From positions 512,001 to 576,000 of the forward strand of contig JBEKKK010000001.1 of assembly GCA_050010755.1 (NCBI GenBank): a stretch of DNA of 64,000 nt, written 5' to 3'. Below the pieces are notes generated by a model that searched no databases, had not been told where the DNA came from, and saw only the letters and a list, made by a program, of their open reading frames with translations. Source of the DNA: Candidatus Bathyarchaeia archaeon. GTDB taxonomy: Archaea > Thermoproteota > Bathyarchaeia > Bathyarchaeales > Bathycorpusculaceae. The translations under genes and the position numbers were made by a program. Below are positions 19,334 through 28,390 of this stretch, in pieces. Each line of letters begins with the position of its first letter. The first letter of the stretch is position 1.

Positions 19334-19903
19334 GTGATTAAAGAAGTGAGAATACATGGCCGTGGTGGACAAGGAAGCGTCACTGCCGCTGAGGTTTTGG
19401 CTCATGCCGCTTTTTTCGAGGGCAAGTGTGTTCAGGCTTTTCCGTATTTTGGGGCGGAGCGGCGAGGGGCGCCTGTTAAGGCCTTCGCGCGGATAAGTGA
19501 TGGACGGATGCTTGTGCACAGTCAGGTTTACACTCCGGACTATGTAATAGTGCTTGACCCTTACATCTACAAGGTCGTAGACGTTACAGAAGGCTTGAAG
19601 GAGAACGGGATTATCGTTATCAACACCAAGAAGAAGCCTGAAGAGATCGGGTTGAAGGGTTGGCGGGTTGCCACTGTCGATGCGACTGGCATCGCCTTGG
19701 AGCTAGGTCTGCTCGTCGCTGGTCTGCCCGTCGTTAACACCTCGATTCTTGGGGCTTTCGCCAAGGCTACCGACGAGGTGAAACTCGAGAGTGTTTTGAA
19801 AGCCGTAAGAGAAACGTGGTCCGGCGTTGCAGGAGAAAAGAACTCGAGGGCGACGGAACTAGCTTATGAACGGCTGACCAAATGGTGGGATGGTGAAGCC
19901 TGA
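19334..19903 (+). CDS. porG: Pyruvate/2-oxoacid:ferredoxin oxidoreductase gamma subunit
   Basis: RIHGRGGQG, FPYFGAERRGAPV. Confidence 0.93.
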   Translation: MIKEVRIHGRGGQGSVTAAEVLAHAAFFEGKCVQAFPYFGAERRGAPVKAFARISDGRMLVHSQVYTPDYVIVLDPYIYKVVDVTEGLKENGIIVINTKKKPEEIGLKGWRVATVDATGIALELGLLVAGLPVVNTSILGAFAKATDEVKLESVLKAVRETWSGVAGEKNSRATELAYERLTKWWDGEA

Positions 19904-20187
19904 TGAGCAAAGTCCCGAAGAAACGCAAAGAGCTTCCAATTACTCCGCTATCTCTGCCAACAGTTGGAAGCATGGGAAAGACAGGGTCTTGGAGAACTTT
20001 TCGCCCTGAAATTAACTTTTCTAAATGTACACGGTGTACCTTGTGCTGGGTTTACTGTCCAGACGCGGCAATTACGAGAGGGGAGGATGACTCTCCGAAA
20101 ATAGATTACGATTACTGCAAAGGCTGCGGGATATGTGCTAACGAGTGCCCGACCAAGGCCATTACGATGAAGAGGGAGGAAGAATAG
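19903..20187 (+). CDS. porD: 2-oxoacid:ferredoxin oxidoreductase delta subunit
   Basis: TGSWRTFRP, two [4Fe-4S] motifs, DYDYCKGCGICANECP. Confidence 0.93.
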   Translation: MSKVPKKRKELPITPLSLPTVGSMGKTGSWRTFRPEINFSKCTRCTLCWVYCPDAAITRGEDDSPKIDYDYCKGCGICANECPTKAITMKREEE

Positions 20188-21366
20188 TTGGTACAAACAG
20201 TTATTGATACGGCAAACCACATCGCCGGCTACGCGGCGAGAGCAGCCCGGGTTAAAGTCGTAGCGGCATATCCGATTACTCCTCAGACAACTATAGTTGA
20301 GAAGATCGCCGAGTTTGTTGAAAATCATGAGATGGACGCGGAGTACATCCGCGTGGAATCTGAGCACAGCGCTATGGTGGCTTGCATAGGCGCCGCCGCA
20401 ACCGGGGTCAGAACGTTCACGGCAACGTCTGCGCACGGTTTGGCTCTTATGCATGAGGCTTTGCACTGGGCGTCCGGCTCACGTCTGCCGATAGTGATGC
20501 CTGTTGTCAACCGCGCGATGGGGGCGCCTTGGAGCATATGGCCGGATCTGAGCGATTCGCTTTCTCAGCGGGACACCGGTTGGATCCAGTTCTACTGTGC
20601 TGACAACCAAGAAGTGTTCGACACGATAATTCAAGCTTACAAACTCTGTGAAGATGAGCGTGTTTTTCTCCCTGCGATGGTGTGCCTCGAAGGTTTCATT
20701 CTTTCACACACTTACACCGCTGCAAATATTCCGGATCAGGAAAAAATCGATGCCTACCTGCCACCTTACAAATCCGGCTGGACCCTCGACATTGACAATC
20801 CCTGCTCTCACGCAAACCTGGTCTCGCCTGAATGGTACATGGAGTTTCGCTACATGATTCAAGAAGCGATGGACAACGCGAAGAAACTCATTCCACAAAT
20901 CGACAAAGAGTATGGAAAACGCTTCGGCTTCGAGTACGGAGGTCTCGTTGAGAAATACCGTTGCGAGGATGCAGACTTGGTGATGGTGACGATGGGAACC
21001 ATCGGGAGCGAGGCCAAACTCGCCGTGGACAAGTTGCGCAGAGAGGGGCTGAAGGTCGGGTCGGCAAGAGTCCGCGTTTACCGTCCATTCCCTGAAGAAG
21101 AAATGGTGAAGCTTGCAGAAAACGTGCCCATGATCGCCACGATAGACCGGCACATATCCTTCGGCATGGAAGGGTTTCTAGCCTCAGAAACCAAAGCCTC
21201 CCTGTTCAACCAGAAAGATCGTCCCATGCTCGCGGGCTTTATCGCTGGCTTGGGAGGAAGAGACGTAACGTCTGAAACAGTCGAAAAGATAGCTAAGAAA
21301 TCGCTGAAGTCGCTGAAGGACGGCAAGGTGGAAAACGAAACCGAATGGATAGACTTGAGGGAGTGA
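20188..21366 (+). CDS. porA: 2-oxoacid:ferredoxin oxidoreductase alpha subunit
   Basis: AYPITPQT, ESEHSA, GLGGRD; TTG start. Confidence 0.93.
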   Translation: MVQTVIDTANHIAGYAARAARVKVVAAYPITPQTTIVEKIAEFVENHEMDAEYIRVESEHSAMVACIGAAATGVRTFTATSAHGLALMHEALHWASGSRLPIVMPVVNRAMGAPWSIWPDLSDSLSQRDTGWIQFYCADNQEVFDTIIQAYKLCEDERVFLPAMVCLEGFILSHTYTAANIPDQEKIDAYLPPYKSGWTLDIDNPCSHANLVSPEWYMEFRYMIQEAMDNAKKLIPQIDKEYGKRFGFEYGGLVEKYRCEDADLVMVTMGTIGSEAKLAVDKLRREGLKVGSARVRVYRPFPEEEMVKLAENVPMIATIDRHISFGMEGFLASETKASLFNQKDRPMLAGFIAGLGGRDVTSETVEKIAKKSLKSLKDGKVENETEWIDLRE

Positions 21367-21371
21367 ACAAG

Positions 21372-22298
21372 ATGGTGACCGTGAAAGAACTTCCGAGAGA
21401 GGAATACTTGCTCAAGGGACACGCTGCCTGCGCAGGCTGCGGCCCAGCCATTTCGCTTCGACTGCTTTTCAAGGCGTTGGGCAACAAGATAATTCTGGTC
21501 GTACCCGCGTGCTGCACTACTGTGATACAGGGGCCGTACCCGTACACTTCATCGGCTGTTCCGCTTCAGAACATCTTGTTCGAGGCCACAGGTGCCGCGG
21601 CCTCTGGGATCGCCGCTGCCCTTCGCATGAGAAAACTCGAGGACATAACAGTCGTCGGCTGGGCAGGAGACGGCGGAACCGCTGACATCGGGATCCAAGC
21701 GCTGTCAGGAGCGGCTGAAAGAGAAACCAACTTCATATACATCTGCTACGACAACGAAGCTTACGGAAACACTGGAATGCAGCGTAGCGGAGCGACACCT
21801 TACGGTGCATGGACAACCACGACGCCGTTTGGCAAAAAGGAACGCAAGAAAGACATGCCCTTTATCATGGCGGCACACAGGATACCCTACGTTGCCACAG
21901 CCTGCACATCCTATCCGGTAGACTTTGTGAGCAAGCTCAGAAAGGCCAGGGGCATCAAGGGTACGAAGTATATTCATCTTCTTGCGCCGTGCCCGACTGG
22001 CTGGCGGTACGATACGAGCAAGACCGTTGAAATGGGTCGACTTGCGGTGCAGACTGGCTTGTGGGTTCTTTACGAAATCGAAGACGGAAAGTTCATGCTT
22101 AACCCCCCGAGTGACCGCCTCGTTGACAAGTCTAGGCGTAAGCCCCTTAAGGAATATTTTGTCTCGCAGGGGCGCTTTCGTGGTCTAGGCGAGGATGATT
22201 TGGGGAAGATTCAGAAGTGGGTCGACGAAGACTGGGAGAAGTACGGTAAGCTCGCCTCAAACTGTGTGTCTGATCCAGCTTTGTACGGAAAAATATAA
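21372..22298 (+). CDS. porB: 2-oxoacid:ferredoxin oxidoreductase beta subunit
   Basis: GHAACAGCG, TPP motif GDGGTADIG...YDNEAYGNTG, PCPTGW. Confidence 0.93.
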   Translation: MVTVKELPREEYLLKGHAACAGCGPAISLRLLFKALGNKIILVVPACCTTVIQGPYPYTSSAVPLQNILFEATGAAASGIAAALRMRKLEDITVVGWAGDGGTADIGIQALSGAAERETNFIYICYDNEAYGNTGMQRSGATPYGAWTTTTPFGKKERKKDMPFIMAAHRIPYVATACTSYPVDFVSKLRKARGIKGTKYIHLLAPCPTGWRYDTSKTVEMGRLAVQTGLWVLYEIEDGKFMLNPPSDRLVDKSRRKPLKEYFVSQGRFRGLGEDDLGKIQKWVDEDWEKYGKLASNCVSDPALYGKI

Positions 22299-22368
22299 GG
22301 CAGGGCCCACGATATAGGCTTCCTTGCGACATGAACCGCTGAGAATCAATGGAGAAGAGTGATTGAAA

Positions 22369-22728
22369 ATGACGGAACAAAAGCCTAACAGCACCGAGAG
22401 AAAAGAGAGGGCAAAAAGAGCCCCGCGAACTGCTTCGCCGAGTAACCCGCAGATCGACGTCGAAAGCGTCGTGTTCGTCGGAAACAAACCTGTGATGAAC
22501 TACGTGCTTGCCTGCATGATGCACCTCAACTCTGGCTCAAAAAAGATCGTCGTTAAAGCCAGGGGGCGTGCAATTCCGAGGGCTGTGGACACCGTGGAAG
22601 TGCTAAGGCGCTCGTTTGCAAAAGGCGTGGAACTGGAGGGCATAAACCTGTCCACTGAAGAAGTCGACAGGGAGCAGGGTCGAAAGTCAAAGGTTTCAGC
22701 CATTGAAATATCGGTAAGCAAGCAATAG
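22369..22728 (+). CDS. albA: DNA/RNA-binding protein Alba with basic N-terminal extension
   Basis: VFVGNKPVMNYVLA, KARGRAI.RAVD, SKVSAIEI. Confidence 0.92.
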   Translation: MTEQKPNSTERKERAKRAPRTASPSNPQIDVESVVFVGNKPVMNYVLACMMHLNSGSKKIVVKARGRAIPRAVDTVEVLRRSFAKGVELEGINLSTEEVDREQGRKSKVSAIEISVSKQ

Positions 22729-22871
22729 GCGGCTTCCCTTTCCTGCAGAACTAACGGGCATCTAGAAGTCAGTGTTGGCTGTTGATAAGAAACGTTTCTT
22801 TTCTCTGCGGGAGTATAGATAGCTATATAAAACCTCTTTTCTAACTTTTAGTTCCAAACTGGTGGTTTGCA

Positions 22872-24209
22872 ATGGCCGATTATCCGAAGATAGTTGTTAG
22901 TCCTCCTGGTCCGAAGGCGAGAGAACTCGTCAAGAAAGATGAGAAGTTCATTTCGCCTTCGTACGGCAGGTTTTATCCTCTTGTCGTTGAATCCGGCAAG
23001 GGCTGTATCGTGAAGGATGTTGACGGAAACGAGTTCATAGACTTCAACTCGGGCTTGGTGTGTATGGCCGTTGGCCACAATCATCCCAAGGTCGTTGCGG
23101 CCATAAAGAACCAGTGTGACCGTTTCCTGCACTATTCGAACACGGACTTCTTTTATCGAGAGGTTGTTGACCTGGCTGAGAAGCTGGCCCAAATCACGCC
23201 TGGAGGTCCTGAGAAGAAGGTCTACTTTGGCAACAGCGGTGCCGAGGCAATTGAAGCAGCCGTTAAGCTTGCGAAGTGGCACAGCCGAAGACAATTGTTC
23301 ATTGCGTTCACGAGCGCTTTTCACGGACGCACGATAGGAGCGTTGTCCTTTACGGCGAGCAAGCCGACTCAAAAGCGTTACTTCTTTCCGCTCATGCCTG
23401 GAGTAACTCACGTTCCGTACGCGTACTGTTACCGTTGTGCTTACAAACTGACGTATCCTGATTGTCACTACTGGTGCGTGGACTTTATCGATGAGCAGGT
23501 CCTGCAGAAGTACGTCCCTCCCGAAGACACTGCGGCGATTGTCTTCGAGTCCATTCAGGGTGAGGGCGGATACGTAGTTCCTCCCCCAGAGTATTTCCAG
23601 CGGATAAAGAAGCTGGCCGACAAGTATGGTCTGCTACTCATCGACGATGAAGTGCAGTCAGGCATGGGTAGGACGGGAAAATGGTTTGCAATCGAACACT
23701 GGGGGATAGAGCCTGACATAGTGTGCACTGCGAAGGCCTTAGCATCAGGCTTGCCATTGGGAGCAACGATTGCCAAGGCGAAAATCATGGACTGGGTTCC
23801 AGGCTCGCACGCGAGCACGTTCGGCGGTAACCCCTTGTCGTGTGTTGCCGCGAGCGCGGTCATCGACGTTGTGAAGGATGAGAAGCTTCTGGAGAACGCG
23901 AACAAGCAGGGTACATACATTATGAAGAGGCTTGAGGATTTGAAAGAGAACTGCGAAATCGTCGGCGACGTGAGAGGCAAGGGATTGATGATAGGCATGG
24001 AAATCGTCGAGGACAAGGAAAGCAGGAAACCAGCCCCTGAGAAAGTTACGGAGATCATGATGCGTTCATGGAAGCGCGGCATCAACGTCATCAGCTGCGG
24101 AGCCTCAACCATCAGGATTGCACCGCCGCTAATCATAACGAGAGACCTCGTTGACTCAGCGTTGGACATAATTGAAGATGTAACAAAAGAAGTCGAAAAA
24201 GAAAAGTGA
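22872..24209 (+). CDS. Class III aminotransferase (4-aminobutyrate/ornithine aminotransferase-like)
   Basis: NSGAEAIE, FHGRT, IQGEGG, DEVQSGMGRTG, TAKAL, STFGGNP. Confidence 0.92.
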   Translation: MADYPKIVVSPPGPKARELVKKDEKFISPSYGRFYPLVVESGKGCIVKDVDGNEFIDFNSGLVCMAVGHNHPKVVAAIKNQCDRFLHYSNTDFFYREVVDLAEKLAQITPGGPEKKVYFGNSGAEAIEAAVKLAKWHSRRQLFIAFTSAFHGRTIGALSFTASKPTQKRYFFPLMPGVTHVPYAYCYRCAYKLTYPDCHYWCVDFIDEQVLQKYVPPEDTAAIVFESIQGEGGYVVPPPEYFQRIKKLADKYGLLLIDDEVQSGMGRTGKWFAIEHWGIEPDIVCTAKALASGLPLGATIAKAKIMDWVPGSHASTFGGNPLSCVAASAVIDVVKDEKLLENANKQGTYIMKRLEDLKENCEIVGDVRGKGLMIGMEIVEDKESRKPAPEKVTEIMMRSWKRGINVISCGASTIRIAPPLIITRDLVDSALDIIEDVTKEVEKEK

Positions 24210-24261
24210 TGTCCGTTTACGCCGACATCTTCTGCTTCACCAAGCGCGACAGTGAAGCAAT

Positions 24262-25098
24262 CTAGCCTTGTTTTTTGCCGACGAGAAGGAAGTGTTCAGC
24301 GCTTCCCACGACTGACGGGTGAGCGCATGTGTCAAGCAATATTTCTACCCACATGCTCCATTTTTCCCGATCCTTGTAAAGCCTGTTGGTCTCCTTCTGT
24401 AGATGAGAGGAGAGCCCTTCTAAACCCGCCATCTCCAAAACTTGTACATCTCGCCGTTCGAAAAGCTCACGTAGCTCTTCAGGCAAGAACCAGTGCGCCG
24501 CAGTGAAGCCTTCCCCCTGCAGGCCTGGCACGTAGTCTCCGACTTCCAAGTGATGCTTCGCATACCGCATCTCGTGGGGGAAATTGGCCAGAATGGTTTT
24601 CAGCAGTCCAATGCGGCTTATGACTGAGACAAAAATCGGGGCATTCTTCTTTGCGACGCGTACGAGTTCTTCTGCGGCCTTTTCTCTCTGTTTGGCCTCG
24701 AGCAGATGGTTCAGGGGCGCACCCAAACATAAAACGGCATCGAACGATCCGTTGGAAAACGCTGAGAGATCCTCTACGGAGCCCTGCACGAACTGTCTGA
24801 CTTTTCGCAGGACTCCTGCTCGTCTCATTTTCTTTCTTGCTGTTTCCAGCATTTCAGGAACAAGATCCTGGAGAACGATGCTGTAGCCCTGCCTCGCCAG
24901 TTCAATGGAGTATCTGCCAGGCCCTCCGCCTGCGTCCAAGATTGTGCCGCGCTTTGGCAGGTATTTTTTGAGGAAGTGATTGGTGATGATGAACTCTATT
25001 CGGTGGTATGGATCCTTCTGGAGACGGTGCCACTCAGCGCTGGCGTGGCTTGAGTACCAGTCTTTAACGATTTTATCGTGTTTACCAGTGTCTTTCAT
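24262..25098 (-). CDS. Class I SAM-dependent methyltransferase
   Basis: ILDAGGGPGRY motif I, FDAVLCLG. Confidence 0.88.
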   Translation of the reverse strand: MKDTGKHDKIVKDWYSSHASAEWHRLQKDPYHRIEFIITNHFLKKYLPKRGTILDAGGGPGRYSIELARQGYSIVLQDLVPEMLETARKKMRRAGVLRKVRQFVQGSVEDLSAFSNGSFDAVLCLGAPLNHLLEAKQREKAAEELVRVAKKNAPIFVSVISRIGLLKTILANFPHEMRYAKHHLEVGDYVPGLQGEGFTAAHWFLPEELRELFERRDVQVLEMAGLEGLSSHLQKETNRLYKDREKWSMWVEILLDTCAHPSVVGSAEHFLLVGKKQG

Positions 25099-25108
25099 GA
25101 CGTTTTCT

Positions 25109-25645
25109 TCAGCCCTTTTTCAATGGTTTCCTCTTCAATGCTGTTCCGCAGATTTGACAGTCTCTTGATTTGTAGTTTGCTGGGTATTTTTTGTGGCAGG
25201 CTGGGCAGTATCTCATCCACTGCAGTCTGCGGCGAATTCCAAATGTTGTGAGGGGAGCGAATTCGAATTTCATTTCGGTTGCGACGTTCTGGATGGAGTA
25301 GTCGTCCGTGGCGATTAATGGAGAATAGCCTTCTGTCTTGAGTTCCAGAGCTAAGGCCAGTACTTGAAGGTCGGTTTCTGAAAGAAAGAATGAGTCTCCC
25401 ATGCTGGAGGCGAAGGCTTTGGCCCTCTCTAAGAAGGTTTTCTGTGGGTTCTTGACTGTGACTCTTCCGTTTTCTATGGCGGTTCTGAATCTTTGGCCGG
25501 GCATGGTGTCTTCGGTTGTTTCTTCTCTGACTTTTGGGGTGGTGTACTGTTCCTCCTTGATTGTGAAAGGGTCGAAGCCGGCGACGATAGCGGACGTGTC
25601 TATGATTATTGCCCTTTTGCCTATTTTGTCCGAAGCGGTTTTCAC
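25109..25645 (-). CDS. nob1: Nob1 rRNA-maturation endonuclease (PIN plus zinc ribbon)
   Basis: IIDTSA, LSETD, TDDYSIQNVA, CPAC...CQICG; GTG start overlaps nadK stop (GTGA). Confidence 0.9.
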   Translation of the reverse strand: MKTASDKIGKRAIIIDTSAIVAGFDPFTIKEEQYTTPKVREETTEDTMPGQRFRTAIENGRVTVKNPQKTFLERAKAFASSMGDSFFLSETDLQVLALALELKTEGYSPLIATDDYSIQNVATEMKFEFAPLTTFGIRRRLQWMRYCPACHKKYPANYKSRDCQICGTALKRKPLKKG

Positions 25646-26481
25646 TGCATCCCTCTGAAGAGCAGCCTGCTCCTCAATCGGTGGTAAAAGTTTTCTCCGA
25701 GTCTTATGAAGGATGTTTGGTTGTTGGAGCGCGTGATCGTTAGGCTGGGTTGTTTGCGGCTTATGAGTTGGCGGCTGCGGCCGTCGATGAGTATGTGGGT
25801 TTTCTCTGGCTTGACAACTTCGATGGTTAGTATTGAATCTGCTGGGAAGACGATGGGGCGGAAGATGCTGAGTGGGCAGATGGGTGTTAGCACGAAGGCG
25901 TCTACGTCGGGGTCGAGGACGGGTCCGCCAGCTGAGAGTGAGTAGCCTGTGGAGCCGGTTTGTGTGGCTACTATGAGGCCGTCTGATTGGCAGTTTATGA
26001 TGGGTTCTTTGTTTCTGAGGATGCGTGTGTAAAGGAGTTTTGCGGGTTCGTCTGTTGTTACAACGACTTCGTTGAGGGCGTCGGGGAGCTTCGTCCCGTC
26101 TGCTGTTGTGGCGAGTTTCATGCATTTTTCGATTTTATATTCGCCGGCTAGGATTTTGTCGACGGCTGTGAGGGCGTGTTTAGGGTCGACTTCGGTGAGG
26201 AAGCCTCGGACTCCCATGTTTACTGCGAGTATTGGCGGTTCAGGTTTGGGGATGGAGAGGCATGTTCTGAGGATGGTTCCGTCGCCGCCGATGGTGATTA
26301 TAAAGTCGGTCTTCATTTTTTCTAGGGGAACCGTTTCTTGTCTTGTGCTGAGCCTTCCGGCCAGCGTATCTTCGACGACTATTGCTAGGCCGTTTGTTTT
26401 CAGATGGTGGGCTAGGTCGTCGGCGAGTTTCAAGGCGTTTTTCTTGTCATAACGCACTACCAAGCCTACGGTTTTGAACAG
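25642..26481 (-). CDS. nadK: NAD kinase
   Basis: GGDGT, GFLTE, LNE, DGLIVATQTGSTGYSLSAGGP; probable CTG start at 26481 (alternative TTG 26463). Confidence 0.93.
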   Translation of the reverse strand: MFKTVGLVVRYDKKNALKLADDLAHHLKTNGLAIVVEDTLAGRLSTRQETVPLEKMKTDFIITIGGDGTILRTCLSIPKPEPPILAVNMGVRGFLTEVDPKHALTAVDKILAGEYKIEKCMKLATTADGTKLPDALNEVVVTTDEPAKLLYTRILRNKEPIINCQSDGLIVATQTGSTGYSLSAGGPVLDPDVDAFVLTPICPLSIFRPIVFPADSILTIEVVKPEKTHILIDGRSRQLISRKQPSLTITRSNNQTSFIRLGENFYHRLRSRLLFRGMQ

Positions 26482-26690
26482 GTTGCTTCACCTTCAAGCT
26501 GCTGTCGACAATTTGCGCGGGGTCAAGAGAGACTTTTCCAGTTTAGACCTCGCTTGCATGAGTTGGACCGCGTCTAGTTAACTCAGAATCGTGTATTTGA
26601 ATCTATTTCCATTGCCGCCCTGTTAGAACGTCTTGGCTAATTTATTGCTTAATGTACGCATCGTTGTGGTTACCCCTCCCCTTTTTTTCT

Positions 26691-26731
26691 TTACATCAGA
26701 TGTAATGTTGCTTTGTAATGTTGCAATGTAA
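26691..26731. repeat. Palindrome plus 13-bp tandem repeat
   Basis: TTACATC-A-GATGTAA 26691-26705; TGTAATGTTGC at 26701 and 26714, TGTAA at 26727. Confidence 0.55.
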
Positions 26732-26921
26732 GTCTCTATGTTGGCGAGCAGACTGTGTTCCGAAAGGTCAGGAATGGTTGCGAACGTGCAATAATGGCCT
26801 ATTTCTTAGCGGGTCTATGGGCGTAAAAAACAATGTTCCCAAACATGCCTTTAACACGCGATTCAGAGAGAGGGTCAGACAAGGCCAGTGCGTTGAATAG
26901 AGAAAGAAGGGGGATTGGTGG

Positions 26922-28247
26922 CTACCAGCTGTGTTGCCACTCGTAGTATATTGTTGCGGTGCCGTTGACGTCCACGTTTGTGATCCATGAGAGTGTGGAG
27001 CCGACTATGGTGGCCTGAGGCGTGGTTGATACTAGGTCGTAGCCGTTGGTGTCTTGTTGGATTAGGATTTGGATGCTTGTGGGTTTGTAGTTTTGGATTG
27101 TTATGTTTATTCCTTGATCCTGGTAGTTGTTCTGGTTTATCGACTTCGTCACTGTTGAGATCACTTTGATGTCGTAGGCGTAGTTGACTACTGCGATGCT
27201 TTCCGCGTTGACGGGTGTGTATCCGATGCTGTCTTCGCCCACCCATGTGGTGCCTCGGTAGAATTCTACTGTTCCGGATGCTAGGGGCTGGTCTAAGGTG
27301 TTGTTGATGTGGTACCGGTTCTGCACTTCGCCGCCGTTCCAGAAGTATTCCTGCCGAAGACTGACAGTGCCGTTAAGCAGGGGCACCTTGACCGTGGTGC
27401 CTTCTTGGAACGACAACTTGGAGTCATAAGTGTATTCGTGATATTCGTCCGTCGTGCTTGGTGTAAAGTCTACTGAGACAGAATAGGCCTGCGCGACTAG
27501 TGGGTTAACAACGGCGAAAGGCTGCAAGATTGGGCCGTTATAGACTATGTGGGGGCCTCCGCTTACGAGGACTAGTGTGAAGTTGTTCCAGCTTTCCACG
27601 TTTTGTATCGTTGCCCAGCATTGAAGTTGGGATGTGTCAAGATCGATGAAGTATGTGGGTGTCCATTGTGGGCCTCGCATCAGATAGGAGACGTTGAGCT
27701 GGTAGTCTCCTGGCGGCGAATCCGTCGTGATCTGCACGAGTATTTTGGGTCCTTGCACCTGGACTACCTGGTTTAGAACGATTCGGGTGATGCTTGTTTC
27801 TGGGATCATTATGGTTCCGTTGTCGGCATCAAGAAGCAGCATCGTGTCCCAGCTGATGAATTTGCCCGTGTAGCTGCCATCGGTCGTATAGACGGTTATC
27901 ATGTCGCCGCTCTCGATTATCGGTTGGCTTTCTTCGCTTGTTGCGATTGTGGCAACGTCGATTCCTGAAACCGTGAGCGTGTCGGTTAACGCGCCAGATG
28001 GAAGATAAAACTGAACGGTGTTGGTGCCGTTCTCAAGCGTAATCGCTTCTTGATACTCTACGAAAGTGACACCGTTTCCGTAAACCATGACCTTGTCCGC
28101 CCTTGTTTCATCGCTCTGACTCAGGGAGTTGTCCGTGAGTGCATTATTCGTGAACTTCATAGCAAACGCGACGCCTACCGTGCAGACCGCTACGATTAGC
28201 AGGAGAGCCACCAATTTCTTTGATGAAAAACGCATAGAATTCCTCAT
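26922..28247 (-). CDS. Secreted DUF4139/DUF4140-like protein
   Basis: Signal peptide; VMVYGNG, VSYLMRGPQWTPTY, IQN.ESW, LTLVSG-like patterns; start 28247 inferred from TATA position. Confidence 0.7.
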   Translation of the reverse strand: MRNSMRFSSKKLVALLLIVAVCTVGVAFAMKFTNNALTDNSLSQSDETRADKVMVYGNGVTFVEYQEAITLENGTNTVQFYLPSGALTDTLTVSGIDVATIATSEESQPIIESGDMITVYTTDGSYTGKFISWDTMLLLDADNGTIMIPETSITRIVLNQVVQVQGPKILVQITTDSPPGDYQLNVSYLMRGPQWTPTYFIDLDTSQLQCWATIQNVESWNNFTLVLVSGGPHIVYNGPILQPFAVVNPLVAQAYSVSVDFTPSTTDEYHEYTYDSKLSFQEGTTVKVPLLNGTVSLRQEYFWNGGEVQNRYHINNTLDQPLASGTVEFYRGTTWVGEDSIGYTPVNAESIAVVNYAYDIKVISTVTKSINQNNYQDQGINITIQNYKPTSIQILIQQDTNGYDLVSTTPQATIVGSTLSWITNVDVNGTATIYYEWQHSW

Positions 28248-28293
28248 TTTCGAATCCTTCCTGATTCCTCTATGCACAATGAATGAGCGTTCT

Positions 28294-28344
28294 ATTTTAT
28301 CCTAATCTCTAGTACAGCTCAGTCTAGAAACTGGAACGGTTCCA
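28294..28344 (-). promoter_or_regulatory. Promoter (TAGGATAAAAT) with upstream TRGAAC-N5-GTACYA-like operator
   Basis: ATTTTATCCTA 28294-28304 identical to 52077-52087, then TAGTAC-N5-AGTCTA 28310-28326; extra half-sites TGGAAC and GTTCCA 28332-28344. Confidence 0.55.
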
Positions 28345-28390
28345 AAAGTTACGGACGCGCGATTGTTCTGCCTCGTTCGCGCCACGATTG

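Noticed and set aside
25646-26125. Long N-terminal extension of Nob1 in the ORF track (338 aa)
   Set aside because: Alternative frame inside nadK; real start is the GTG at 25645
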